Origin: Amoebophrya sp. A120
Lineage: Eukaryota > Protista > Dinoflagellata
Length of the DNA: 64,000 nucleotides
Assembly: GCA_905178155.1 (NCBI GenBank)
Contig: CAJINV010000003.1
Location: forward strand, 1,191,560-1,255,559
Direction: 5' to 3'
Positions 34,237 to 47,900 of this stretch are shown piece after piece (within the stretch, counting starts at the first letter, position 1; every line of letters starts with the position of its first letter). A program made the position numbers and the translations under genes. The notes beneath the pieces were generated by a model. It was not told the origin of the DNA. It made no database searches and worked only from the letters and a program-made list of their open reading frames with translations.

Positions 34237-36933
34237 TCACGGCGGCAGCCGAAACCGCAGCACTTTTCCGACGACGTTCACGAAGGGATAGAGCAAGTCC
34301 TTGACGTCGCGCAGGGGTTGTCCGACCTTCTTCCCGTTTACGAGGAACTGCACCTCCTCCGTCTCCGAGTAGATCACTCCCACGGTGTCGCCCTCGCACG
34401 CCGACAGCTTGTCGTGGAGCTTTTCCACCAGAACGCCCTCCCGCCAAATCTCGCCCGCAGCGAGGTTGAGGTACAGTGCGCTGTCCAGGAGACACGCCAT
34501 GGAGCGCACCGGGGTGATCCCAAACCAGCCCGAGTCCGGTAGGAAGAGGTTCAATTCGTCCAACACCACTTCCATCTGCTGACCGGGCTCCAACAGCGTA
34601 TCCATGATGGCGATTGCCGAGGGGGCGTGGACAATCTGTTTGATTTTTGTGAATAGCAAAAAAGCATGAATGTCAACTTCTTCCCCATTTTCTCGTTCAC
34701 GGTGTAAGTATGATCATGCTGCTTCTTGGACCCAAAACCTACACAAACACTCAAACTGTGCATGTGCAAAAACAGCTTTTATGAAAAAGCAAAAACCTTT
34801 CGCTGCGCCTCGCGGAAGTTGTTGCGAAGTAACACGACGCTACCGTCACAGAAGTTAGGGTCGAAGCGGAATTCTTTCGTCGCTTTCGGCGGCGCTACCG
34901 AGGGTTCCGCAAAACCCGAGCCTCCGAAACCCGCACCGGAGGAGGACGCCGGAAATCTTCCCAGACTCGGCGCGGTTCCGTACGGGTGTGACGGTGCGGA
35001 GGGAGCAGACAGTGCGTTTTTATCGCCGCTACTTCCACCAACGGCGGCACTGGATGACGCGGGATTGAAACTGAATTCGGAGGAGAAGGAGTCATAGGAC
35101 CCCCCTCTCCTGTAGGAAGATGCACCTGCTGCTGCTGCTGCACTGGGCTGGCTAGTGCCTGCTCCGGGCAGCTCTGCTGGGTTGTCGCTCGCCTTCTTCG
35201 ACGGTCCACCAAAGGACCACAAAGAGGACTGCTGCTCTGCAACCGACTCACCAGGACCACGCAAAGAAGATGATCCCGCCCCGGCTGCACTCCAGGACGG
35301 CGTCGGGCCGTAGGTGAATGAGGACGACGTGGCGCCAAACCCGGCTCCACCTCCCGCTCCCGCGTCGTCGCTCCCGGTCGTGCCACCTCCCCCAAAAGGG
35401 TTCCGGTTTTCCACCTCCGACTGCTGCAAGAAGCTCGGTGTCGCGTGCCCGAGCAAGTTGTCCACCATGTCCCAGCACCGGTCCAGCTCCGGATTTTTCT
35501 CCTCCAGGTTCAAGCGCAGACACTGCTTCAGGTACAAGTCGAAGTTGTCGTCCTTGCTGATAAGTAAACTCCGTTTCCGCAGCTCCTTCACCTCGCCAGA
35601 AAACAGGTCGTGACCGCCGAGCTGGAGCCGCGATTCCACCGAATTCAGCCACAGGTCCAGTTCCTTTCGGCGAAAGAGGAACTCGAGCTCGCTGCTGGAT
35701 TCCAGCACCACCGCCTCCTGCACACGGTCGATCGCCTCGGAGGAAACACTAATCACCGTGGGAAGGCGGTCGCTCTGTAGTTTGTTAGTTTTGGCAGCGG
35801 TTTTCTTTTGATTGATGACATCTCTTGTTCTCTAGTAGCTAACTATTTTTTGACATCTATTTTGCGTAGTAGAACCCATGAAGCGCAAAAAATGCTGTCA
35901 TCGTACCAGCGTTTTCAGTGCTTCCAGTCGTTTTCCGACGACGACGTGCAGGTCGTCCAGCACCGCCTCTTTGGCTTTCTCCAGTTTTGCGGCAAAGGCC
36001 TGGAAATACTCCTCGACCTCTGCCTTTCGGTCGTTCGCTTCCTGCGTGAGGGTGAAGATCAACTTGTCCACGTGCCCACCCGCGACGCGCGCGTTACTCA
36101 TCTGGTCTTTCAAAGCCGATAAGCGCGCTCGCATGTCCTGTCGCATCCGCTTCGCCGCCTCCTCCAGCGAACAGCAGTTATGATCCTTCGACTTCCCCAC
36201 CAGCTTCGCAACCGTCGGAATTGGTTCCTGAGAAAGAAAGAATTGGCATATGATTTCGACCAGAGGTGCGCAAAGGCAAGGTTTTTGCAGTAAAATAGGT
36301 AATCGTTATCGTAAGTTGTACATGCAATCATGCATGCAGTTGGAGGCCGACGAACCTGGATAAAAATGCTAATACGATAGACTGTTTCGACATCTCATTC
36401 ACCACCAATAGTCATTTGTTTACCTGTAGATCCAAATCGTAGAGGGCGTAAGGCTCGCCCGTCTCTGGATCCTTTCGGCGCTTCTGCAGGCTCTCGTGTA
36501 GCGGAATCAGGCGGATGTGCGAAAACGCCGGCATCCGTCGGAGGGCTTCGAAACTGGAAGCGCAGAGCAGTAGTTCTAGCTCCGGACAGAACCCGGTCGC
36601 CACCTGGGTGGGATCGTTGGCGCACATCTGACGCTCCCGCGAAGTGGAGCTCGACGACTTGGAAGACGACCCAAGGCGGGAAGCGGACGACGGCTGCTGC
36701 CGGGCACCGCCCGCGAAACCTCCGCCCGCACTGGACGAAGCCGAGGCAGGTTGAGTCCCATCGTTCGGGGGATTACCGAAAGTTGTCTTGCTGAACTCAT
36801 TGTCGCGATCGCCCGCGGTTATGACCGGATTTGCGATGATCTCGTCGCCAGCAGCGGGTAACACCCCAGGAAACGCACCGCCCTGTCCAAAGGAAGTGGA
36901 CTCGAATCCCAACGGGTCTTCGTTTGTTGACAT
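34237..36933 (-). CDS. TRIM-like protein: degenerate B-box pair, coiled coil, low-complexity linker, C-terminal neuralized(NHR)/SPRY-like domain; exons 36933-36424, 36227-35907, 35774-34797, 34635-34237 (735 aa)
   Basis: Three phase-0 GT-AG introns, one with ACTAAC upstream of the acceptor. Motifs CANDPTQVATGFCPELELLLC, KDHNCCSLEEAA, FRFDPNFCDGSVVLLRNNFREAQR and GDTVGVIYSETEEVQFLVNG...LYPFVNVVG. Confidence 0.7.
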
Positions 36934-38960
36934 CTTGTAGTTGTTCCTGCAACGGCGCGATTTCAACTTTTTTCGTTATACTTTCTGGGAAGGGGTGCAA
37001 GGAGCTGTTACGCTACTTGTTATCTAGGCTAAAGACCATGCTGCCGTCGTGAGCAGTGTGTGAATCGATGACTCGAGCCTAGTCAGGAAGTTATTTGCAG
37101 GTGTTTCTTTCTCTCAGACTTTCGACCCAACTACCGAACTCCTGAACGAAATAGTGGCTGTCCCTCTCATGGGTTGAGAGCTCGAAATAACGCCGACGAC
37201 GCACACGACTTTCTAGGGAAGTTTGGTTTGTCTTCGAAGGAATACGAACGGATTCAGGTGGGCGCAAGACGAGAACAATCCTCCTTCTCAGCTCCTGAAG
37301 CGAAGGAAACATCACCGCCGTGAAAGAACGGGGGTTCAACGACAACCCACGAGGAGCTGCGCGGACACTGAACTTCTGAAATTTCGATCGTGCTTTCTTA
37401 TTTCTTTTTGAGTTTGTTGAGGGGTGACACAATTTTTTGATTTTTGAAAAGCAGAGCTTGAAATTCTCTGTTCAACAAGAACTGCCAGACTAGGACATTG
37501 AATATCTTCAAATGCTATAGAGAAACCAAAAGATATTATCGAATGAAGGGAATTTAATTTCGACGAGGGCAACTTAACGTCCCAGCAACTTTGCTGAGAA
37601 GTAAGCTTTTCTCGACTTATTCCTCTTCATTTTTGTTGAAAGTAATGCAATTAACCACAAAAGAAACGCATGCATAGAAAGTGTTCAGATAAGATTCATT
37701 AGAGCAAGAAAGAGCAAGACATCAAGAAATTTATTGAGCGTGTTTCGAGCAATTGTCTGTAACGTAAAAGTGAATAAAATCTATCAGTACCAGAAATTTG
37801 GACTTCAGTGCAATGACATAGTTAATCAATTTACAGCAGGTTCTGTTTCCTTCTGAAAGAGAGGTTGGAAAGAACTCCTTCTCTCGATTCTGTCCAACTT
37901 GAACCTCTTCTTGTCTGATGAAATGTTCTGATCTAACAAGAAACTACCGGGTCGACAGCAGCGAGAAAAAGCTGCGTGCCGCCTGGCCTGAATTTCAGTC
38001 TGAATAATTGCGTAATAAGTCAAATATCCTGTAATTTCCGAACGATTTTGTTGCTGATACCATTGGTAAACTTCAAATTGCTTTTGCGAAAGTAGTATTA
38101 AACAAGTACAGATACTTATCCATATCAAGAAATCATTCAGCCATTGGACCCACCGCCTAGCACAAGCGAAACAATTGTAGTCGTTTTACAAGAGTTTATT
38201 CACGCGCGACAATAGTGGCAGCTATCGTCCGCTGTTGGAGTGTTCCTACCAAAACTGAAGAAAGAAAAAACCACCATCCCTGTGGCAGCAGGGGAGCGGT
38301 GGCTCTTCTATTCTACGACAGTGATTGTTTGTTATTCATCACACTGGAAATTAAGGAAATCTATCTCCAGTTTTTCTTACTTACTCGTGTTGCACTTCGC
38401 TAAAGCGCTAGGATACTTTGTTGCGGTTTCGAATCTTTGGGTCGGCGACTGCTCGAACTTCGTAAAATCTTGATTAGTCTTGTGGTATTTTTCTGTCAAG
38501 ATGTGTTCTGATTCTGCAGTTGTGTGGACAGAAAAAAGTTTTGTCTGATAGTAGAAACTTATCCTGATAGAAGATTTTAAAGTGTAGCAATATAGAAAAA
38601 TTTGGTGTTTTGACTCTCTGGGGACTCGTTGGTACCTTTGTAGTGAAGAGTGTAGACTAAAATTTGAGAAGTAAATTCAGGTGAAGTGCTTTTTATTGAA
38701 GTTTTTATTTGGGTAGACTGTTTATTTCATATTGACGACAATTCACCTAACTTGTGATAGTAGCGTTTTGGTAGGTCTGATTTGGTAAGCCTGATAGGTG
38801 TGAAACTGTTAAAGACTTTTTTCTCGGATTACTATCGATCAAGATAGTCCGAGCATGCCGAGTATCAAACTCGCATGTTTTTAATGATTTTCCTATTTCT
38901 TCTGTGCATTTATTTCTTTTCAGAATTTGTTCGTTCTTTTCGTTTTTCTACTCTGTTTTT

Positions 38961-41900
38961 TCACTGATAGATCGAGTTGTCGTGGTCGTGCTGCTTTTGC
39001 GCATCACCTTGCCTTTCCCGCTTCAGCAGCGGCAGGTGATCGACGACGGTCGTGGAATTCTTTCCAGCCCCAATCGTGAACTCATCCAGCAGCCCATCCT
39101 CTATCCAACGGGCCATGCGCTCATCGTGACCTGCGTTGAAGATTGAGAAATTATCCATTTTGCTTGTTGAGATGAACATGATGATCCGAGAGTTTTTTAC
39201 AACGACGTCATTGGGGTGCTTGTTGACAGGGCATCAAGCAGAAATCACGATAGTGTACTATCAACAGCATTCATAAAACGTCTTCTCAGACTCCGTCACA
39301 AAGAAACAAAAAAATACTCTTTTTGAGCCTAAGCAGCTCCTCCTCGAGCAATTTGATCTTGTCTCCGGACTCTTCCAACACTTCCGCGTGTTCTTCCGCC
39401 ACGGATTCGACCACCGCAACGCGGGACTCGACCAGGTCGAGCCGCTCCATTTCTTGCTGCACGGTCAGCGTGACGATCGCGATGATGTCCTGGTAGTTCA
39501 CGGCCTTGTAGTCGGCCCGGTTAGACTCCACGACGAGCGACGGGTACAGTTGCTCGAGCTCTTGCGCAATGAAACCGAAATAGAGTTGCTTCGACTCCCC
39601 GGACTGCTTCAGTTGGAAGCTTACCGGGTTCAATTTTCGGAACAGGCTGGAAACGATATCCTTACCGGTTTGCTGCTGTCCTGCCGCGACATGATCCGTG
39701 GTCACAAGCGCAGTGCTGTTGCTCGAAGCTTTCAGCCTGTTGTATAGCGATATGGAACGTGGATTTGATATTACTCTTGCGCTGTTGGTTTCAGAAGAAA
39801 TGAAGAAACCAAGATGTTTGGAAAAAAAACGTAATACTGCTAGACCATCCGGAGTAAAAAAACCAAGAAAAATTTCAAGTACCCTGCATGTTGTGCCGCG
39901 GAGCTCTGGTCGAGCAGGCTTTCGTACAGCGGACGAATGTTCTTCTTCAGTCGGACATCGGACGTTGCCGGGATACTTGAGTCGGAAGCCCAGCTACCGT
40001 GCAAGATATTGTTGGTGCCACTGGAAGCGGCGCTGTTTTGAGGTAAGGTGATGAATATTTGATTAGATTGGGATGAATCAAACTCGCATACAAAAGCTGG
40101 TGGTGAAAAAGAAAAACTGATTTTAACGAACAAAACAAATCCAAAGTTTCAGTACTGCAACGTCATGCGCCTGGTCGAAGCCCACGAGCCTACTACTGCG
40201 CTGGTCTGAGCGTAGAACGCGTATGCGGTGTTGACAGCATTGTCCGTGCCGCCCACGTACTTGATGTAGTTGCCCTTGTTCACGATGTACGTGTACTGTC
40301 CCAGGACGGTGGACCCAGCAACAGAGAGACCTATCGTTTTGAGAATTGATTTATTTTTTTCTCATGCGGATGATCTTTTTTTTCTGTAGTTTTGCATCCA
40401 ACTAAGAAAGGCGCTTATAGGATTGTCTTGACTGTCGTGAAGAATCTGAACGCTTAGGTAGTTAAAACAAGAATTCTTCATTTGTACTGCTTCCAAGGCG
40501 CTTGAAGGAGCGGACGGAGCACGCTGACCCCACGCCGACGAAGTCCAGGACGGACACGGCCTTTCCAATGCGACTGAAGGACCGCAGCGACATGCTGCTA
40601 CCTAGCGACATTGCTGTCATCACGCTGACGGAGCTGCCAGTAGCCTGGATGGAGCCCAAGCAGGAAAGTGTAGATCCCAGGCGCAGCATCGCTCGGGTAG
40701 AAACGGCACTACCCAAGTGGAGGAAGTTCAGCACCTGTTTTGTTTTATTTGGGAAAAAGGATTTTTGGTCGTTATTCATCGATTTGTTGCCCATAATAGC
40801 ACACATGTCAGCAAGGATGATTTTTCGGAAAGCGGCGTAATGTCTGCACCATTCAACAAAATCCTAAAATTCAGCAGGATATTTTTACCGATAGCCTGCT
40901 GCCGCAGCGAGTTAGTCCACGGACGGACAAAGCACTTCCCAACTGGGTGCTATCCAGGATCGAAGTAGTTCCTCCAAACCTGTGTATTGTGAATTTTGAA
41001 AAAGTAATTCAGAAAAAGAGCAACATCACCACACACGCTACAAAAAAGCCCTTTACTTTTGGTTTAGTACTGCAGCTAATGTTCTTGCACAAATAGCCGA
41101 AAAAAATACCTTGCGAAGGATCGGAGCGAAAGCGCGGATCCGACTTGCAGCGAGCCAACAAGGGACAGCCCGCCGTTAGCAGCGTTGGTGGTGCAGATGC
41201 CCTTCACACTCAGTCCGGATCCTAGTCGCAAGAAGCTTCTCATGGACACGGACGAGCCCGCGGTGATGAAGTTCAAAACCGAGAAGTTGCTTCCAAATTT
41301 CGCCGTCCCGCGCAGACTGATCGTGGAACCCAGGCACGTGGCCTCCAACACGCTCAGCTTTCCGCAGGTGCTCTTACCCATCACGCTGGCCCCGCTTCCG
41401 AGGCGAGCGAACTGCCGAATGGACAATCCCGAACCGAGGTTCACGAAGTCCAGCACGCTGCAGCGCGAGCCCATGCGAGCGAACGAACGGATCGACAAGC
41501 TGGACGCCAGGGTCATGGTTGCGGTCACCGAAATCTTCAGGCCCGAGATGGTCTGTCGTGGCATTTTTTGGGAATGGGAGATAGGAGCTTGAGTAGTAGA
41601 TCAGCTTCACTTTGGACATCTACTTCTTGGGTATAACTTATGCAGCACATGACACTGGTTGAAAACTTGCCCTTTATCAGCAAGCAGGAAAACCAAACAC
41701 AAAAACTTATGCGAAAAATACCGATCCGATATTCAGATTTCCGGCAGTCGACAGGGACGAGCCCAGCCGTGCGAATCCGCGGATGCTAATCGCACTGCCC
41801 AGGCTTGCGTAGTCCAGGACAGAGACGTTCTGCGCGAGGCGTGTCATGGTGCGCATACTGAGCGTCGAACCCAGTGTCAGGCAATCCAGAACGGAATGTT

Positions 41901-44900
41901 TACCACCGAAGCGTGCGAAACTTCGCAGGGAGAGGTTTGAACCTGTCAGTTTGGAGCAATAATGTGGTTTTTATCCAGTACCTCCATAGCTAGGTAGAAA
42001 CAAGCCAGAATCTATTAAGCAAGGAATGAATAGCATCATCGTCATGAAGTTGAAGAGTGAAAATCGAAAACAAATCCCAAGAAAGCAATACCCAGATTAG
42101 CGAAGCTGCAGATCGATGCGTGCCCGGTCATCTGCACCGCTCTTCGGAGAGACAGGTTGCTGCCCAAAGACAGGAAGTCTAACACGCTGGCACGAGAGCC
42201 GACCTTGGCGACCGCACGGACGGAAACCGAGCTGCCCAAGTTCACGAACTGGAGCACGCTCATTTTGCAAGCGGCCCGCATGCCGTGTCGCAGCGACAAT
42301 GTCGAGCCTGTGATGAGTAGAGTTTTATGACAGTGAAAAATCTTCGTTGTGTCACCACTTGTTCTCCTTTCGACTCATGCAAAGAAAAGTCATAGATCGA
42401 GATCCGAAAAAGAAACTGTCAAACAGCACTATCATGAAAAACAGAAACATCATCATCAAATCAAACACTTACCTAACACGACCGAGCCGAGAACGCTCAG
42501 TTTCGAGCACGATCCGACGGCTGCCAGACCATGCACACTGACAGAGCTGCCGCAGCGGGTGAAGCTGCGCACGGAAAGCGACGAGGACATGTGCACGAAG
42601 TCCAGAACGGAGAGCGTCTTGCCCAGACGAGCGTAGCTGCGCAGACTGCAACTGGATCCGATATTCACGTAGTCAAGCACACTGCACTTACCACCTGACA
42701 CCATGCCAGTACCACGGAGGGAAACACTGCTACCGAGCGCCAAGAAGTCAACGACCTGTGTTGAAAAGTTTTGGTATTTGGATGAATCCATGTGATGCCG
42801 ATAGACGTATTCTTGCGAACTTCTTGAAGCGAGTTCAAGACTTCATCGTCGTTTGGCTTATTGTTATTTACGGAGTAAATCAATTATACCGATGCTCTGC
42901 CGCCGACTCTAGCAAAGCCTCGGACGGAGAGGGACGATCCGATGTTGGTTCGGTTTGCGATAGACAGAGCCCGCATCACCCGCGCCTTGTACAGTGTACC
43001 TGTATTTGGTTTTAGGATTGGCTTGTTTTTCTGGGTTTTCATCATTTTGCAATTGAAATCTGAATTCATCAGGAGACATTATTTGCGAAGCCGAAAACTG
43101 ATAGCGTATCACAGACAAAAATCAGCAGTTTCTGTAGACACGTACCTGTGGAGTGCACCGAGAAGGCAGAGCCCAGGCGCAGGTAAGTGCGCAAGGACAT
43201 TGAGGAGCCCAGCGTCATCATGTCGAGGACGCTGCATCTGGATCCGCATTTAAACGCGCCGCGAATCTGTGGGTTTATTTTTGGAAGTGGTTTCGTTTTT
43301 TTGCCCATGCAGTGTCCTACTGATTGCTGCTAGCATGTTGCTTAAGGATGGTTGAGGAAAGTTGAAGTTCGGTCGAGGCACGGAAGATGAAGATAAACTG
43401 AATCAAAAAAAAAGTAGCGAGTACCGATAGTGACGATCCGAGGCAAGCCTGCTGCAGCACCGATGCGGAACCAAGGCCAACAAAGTTGCCGAGTGCAGAG
43501 ACGCCAGAGCCGAATCTCGCGCAAGCGCGAACGCTGAGAGCGGATCCGCAGTGGACGAAGTCTAGCACGGACGCGACGGCACCTGTTTGGTTTTTTTGGT
43601 TGAATAATTCGCTTTTACATTTACCAGAGAGCGGAGCATCTTCACTCACCATTTTTTCGAATCGGAAGAACCTGAATCAAAGTGCAAGCACATAGATTTA
43701 ATATGCCGCGAACAACCAGAAGCTACATCACAAGAAAAACAAACAAAGTAATACCCATTCTGCCCATGGAGCGGAGCGAGAGGGCAGAGCCGACGTTCAA
43801 CTGCGTGAGCACACTGACCTTCGACACGGAGCCGAGGTTCACCAAGCCCCGCACCGAAACGCTGGATCCGAGGCGGCTGTAGCTTCGCAAAGACATGGCC
43901 GAACCAATGTTGACCAGGTCGATGACCGACAGTGCTCCGCCAAACCGTGCGTGCGTCCGGATGGACATCGAGCTGCCCAGCATCAGCATGTTGAAGATAC
44001 TGGCGCGGCTTCCGATGCGTCCAGTGTTGCGCACACTCAACGTGCTGCCGATGGTCAAGAAGTCGACGATCGAACAGCGCGAGGAAAGCCTCGCGGTGCT
44101 GCGTAAAGACAGGCTGCTGCCGAGCGAGACGCTATCAGTCACCGAGAGTTGTTTCGACGACCGAATGGCCCGGCGCACGCTCAGCGAGCTGCCCAGGTTG
44201 ACGAAGCTCAGAATCGAGCACGACTCGCCGAGGTAACCGAAGTTGCGCAGCGAGATGGAGGATCCGAGGTGCGTGAACTGGATGATGGACACCTGGGTAA
44301 CGGACGATACGCGCGTCAAGCCGACCGCGCTGATCGAGGAGCCGAACCGCGCGAAGTTACGCAAAGACAGCGAACTGCCAATCTCCATAAACTTCAGGAT
44401 CGAGATGTTGCTACCTAAACGGCCGGCACTCCGCAGGGAGAGGGCGGACCCGAGGTAAGCGCCGTCCAGGATGGAGATGTTCGAAGCCACGCGCCCGAAG
44501 GAACGGAGGCTGAGCGAGGAGCCCATGGAGAGCATGTCCAATACCGACATCCGTGATCCCGCCTTGGCGTAGCTGCGCAGGGACAATGAAGAGCCGCAGT
44601 GAACCGCGTCGAGCACCGACATCGCGCCGAATAAGGTCGTCTTCGAGAACACGGACGTCGCGGAACCCACACGGCACATGGACCGCAGGGAGACGGACGA
44701 ACCGCATTGGCTGAACTGCAGAATCGACAAGTTGCCGGCCACGCGGCACGACCTGCGTACGCTGAGCGAACTTCCCAAATGCACCTGCTCCAGCACAGAA
44801 AGTTGGCCGGACATGCGGCCCTGGGACAGCACCGAGAGACTGGACCCGAAGCGGCCGACCGCACGGACGGACACGCACGATGCCATGCACACGAAGTTCA

Positions 44901-47900
44901 GCACCGACATGCGTTCCGCGAACCGTGCCTGCGATCGCAACGACATGGAGGACCCGAGGTGGACGAAGTTCATCACGCTCGTCCGCTGCAGCGATCCGGC
45001 CTGCTGGACGCCGTGGACGCTGAGACTGCTTCCGAACCGCATGTAGGACCGGATACTCAAAGCGCTGCCCAAGTTGGCGAAGCACAGCACCGAAACCGCA
45101 CTGCCGAACCGCGCCGTGCTGCGGATCGAGAGGGAGCTGCCCAGGTTGACGGAGTCCAGGACGGAAGTGGTACCGCCTAAACGCGCCATGCTGCGCAGCG
45201 ACATGGACGAACCGAGCGTCGCGAACGACAGGACGGAGGCGTAGGAGCCGACACGAGCGAGTCCGCGTAGGGACGTCGAGCTACCGAGCGCCAAAAAGTC
45301 TAGCACCGAGATTCTCGAGCCAACCCTCGCCATGGAGCGGACAGAGACCGCAGAGCCGAGGTGCGCAAAGGTCAGCACGCTGACGAATTTGCTGACCTTG
45401 ACTGCGGACCGCACGGACAGGCTGGATCCCAGGTGCGCGTAGCCGATCACCGACGTCTTCAGGCAGCTGCCGACAAAGCCTAAGCCGTGTGCGGACAAGC
45501 CGGAGCCGACCCGCGCAAATTGCCGCACGGAGACGGAACTTCCGAGAGTCAGGCAATCTAAGATCGACGCGCGCGAGCCGAACCGGCATACACTTCTGAT
45601 GCTGCAGCTGGAGCCGAGCATCGCGAAGTCCAGAACCGACGCGTTGCCGCCACACTTGACGAAGTTGCGCATGGACAGCTGGGAGCCGAGATTCAGGAAG
45701 TCCAGCACACTCACCCGGTCGCCGAGGCGCTGCTTGTTGCGCACGGAGAGAGAGGAGGATAAAGTCGTGAAGTTCAGCACCGAACACCGATTTCCGACCT
45801 GGAGTTTTCCGACCACGGAGGCACTGCTACCGACACGCAAATACTGGCGCACGGACATGGAGGAACCCAACGCGAAGTGGTTGAGCACCGAGCAACGGCT
45901 GCTGAGCTGCACGGCGGCGCGGATACTCATCGAGCTGCCCAAATTCAAGAAGTCGAGCACCGACGCGCGGCCACCGACCCGGCCGTGTGACAGGACGGAC
46001 GCGGAGCTGCCAATGCGCACGTACGCGCGGAGACTCAAGGTGCTGCCGCAGTTGAACATGTTCAGCGCCGAGATGGCCGAGCCGAACCGCCCGCAGCTGC
46101 GGATGGACAAAGTGCTGCCGCACGAAACGCAGTCCAAGACGGACAGCATTCCTCGGGATTGCACCAGGCCGCGCAACGATACGCTGCTGCCCAAATCCAG
46201 GAAGTCCAGGACGGACATGCGGGATCCGAAGCGGCTCGCCGTGCGCACGGACAAACCGCTACCCAATGCGACGAATTGCAGTACACTTGCCGTGCCAGAG
46301 CACCGCGCGAGCCCGCGGAGCGAGAGCGCCGAGCCCATGGTAACTGAGTCGAGCACGGAGAGGTCCTTTCCAAGCTTCGCGAAGGACCGGAGAGACAGCG
46401 AACTTCCAATTGTCACGGACCCAATCACCGAGGTCTGGAAGATGGAGCCGCACGCGACGAAGCCGTTGACGGACAGACCAGAGCCGAACCGCGAGAACGT
46501 GCGGCAACTCAAGGCGCTACCCAGACAGGCGAAGTTCAGCACCGACATGTTGGCTCCTGTTCTTGCGGTGTTGCGCAGGGACAGAGACGACCCGAAGTAC
46601 ACATAGGACAACACCGAGGCCGCCCCACACACCTTCGCGAAGTTTCGCATGCTCACGGAGGAACCCAAGTGGGCGAAGGACAGCAGCGACATGTGGCCGG
46701 CGACCTTCACCTTGCTGCGCACGGAGAAGGAGGACCCCAAGTTGGCGTAGCTGAGAACGCTGCAGTGCTGGCCGACCTGCGCATCCCCGAGCACGGACAT
46801 TCCGCTAGAGATTCTGGCGAAGGCGCGGAGACTCACCGACGAACCGAGGTTCAGGCAGTCCAGGATCGACACGCGGGAACCGCACCTTAGTGTGTTCCTG
46901 ACGGAGAGTGTGGAACCTAGATGCACTTGTTCTAGAACTGACGCGTTCTTTCCGACCGGCAGTTTTCCCATCACCGACATGCTCGACGAGCACCGGGCGA
47001 AATTCCGCAGCGACATGCTGGAGCCGAAGATGACCGCGTCCAGGATACTGCACTTGCTGCTCAAGCGGGCGAACGACCGCAGGGAGAGGGAGGAGCCGAC
47101 CTCCAGTTGCTGTGCGATCGAGAGCCTTTGCAATGAGCCGAACGCGGAGAACCCGTGCACGGACAAACCGCTGCCCACCCGCAGGAAGGACCGGACGGAC
47201 ACGGAACTTCCGAGACAGACCGAGTCGAGCACCGACATGGTGGCGCCGAAGCGAGCCAATGACCGCAGCGACAGCGACGAGCCGACTTGCAGTTGCCCGA
47301 CGAGACTCATGTTGCCGCACACCTTCATGCTTCCGGACACGCTGATGCCGGAGCTCAACCGAGCGAACTGGCGCAGCGACAGAGCAGAACCCAGGTTCAC
47401 GTAGTCTAAAACGGACGCGTAGGAACCGATGCGGACGTAGCTGCGGACGGACAATGAGCTTCCCAACGACGCGCACTGAATCACGGAGCACTTGAACGCC
47501 GAGCCGACACGCGCCAGACCCATCAGCGAGCAACTGGACCCTGCACGCACGTAGTTGCGGATCGATAGACTGCTGCCGAGGTTCAGGAAGTCCAGCACGG
47601 ACACACGTTCCCCGAAACGGCCATACTTCCCACGGACAGACAGGGAGCTTCCCAACACCGCGAAGCCGAGGATGCTGCACTGGCCACCGAACTTACCCGG
47701 GCCGAACGTGGATAGGCTGCTGCCGAATCGCGCGACCGCACGGATGGACACGGCGGAGCCGAATAATGCGAAGTCCATCACGGACAGTGCCGAACCGCAC
47801 CGAGCGAAGCTGCGGAGAGAAACGGAGCTGGAAACGTGCACGTAGTTGATCACCGAGCAGTTGCATAACGAGCCCAGGCGCGAGATGCCCATCACGGAGA

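Noticed and set aside
37000-38950. Short ORFs in the AT-rich spacer
   Set aside because: No domains or consistent splice model were found. A protein-like plus-strand stretch near 37117-37323 lacks a start and other support.
11600-43700. Dinoflagellate spliced-leader relics, tRNA or rRNA genes
   Set aside because: No CCGTAGCCATTTTGGCTCAAG-like match or RNA-gene signature was seen by eye. A computational scan would be needed to exclude them.
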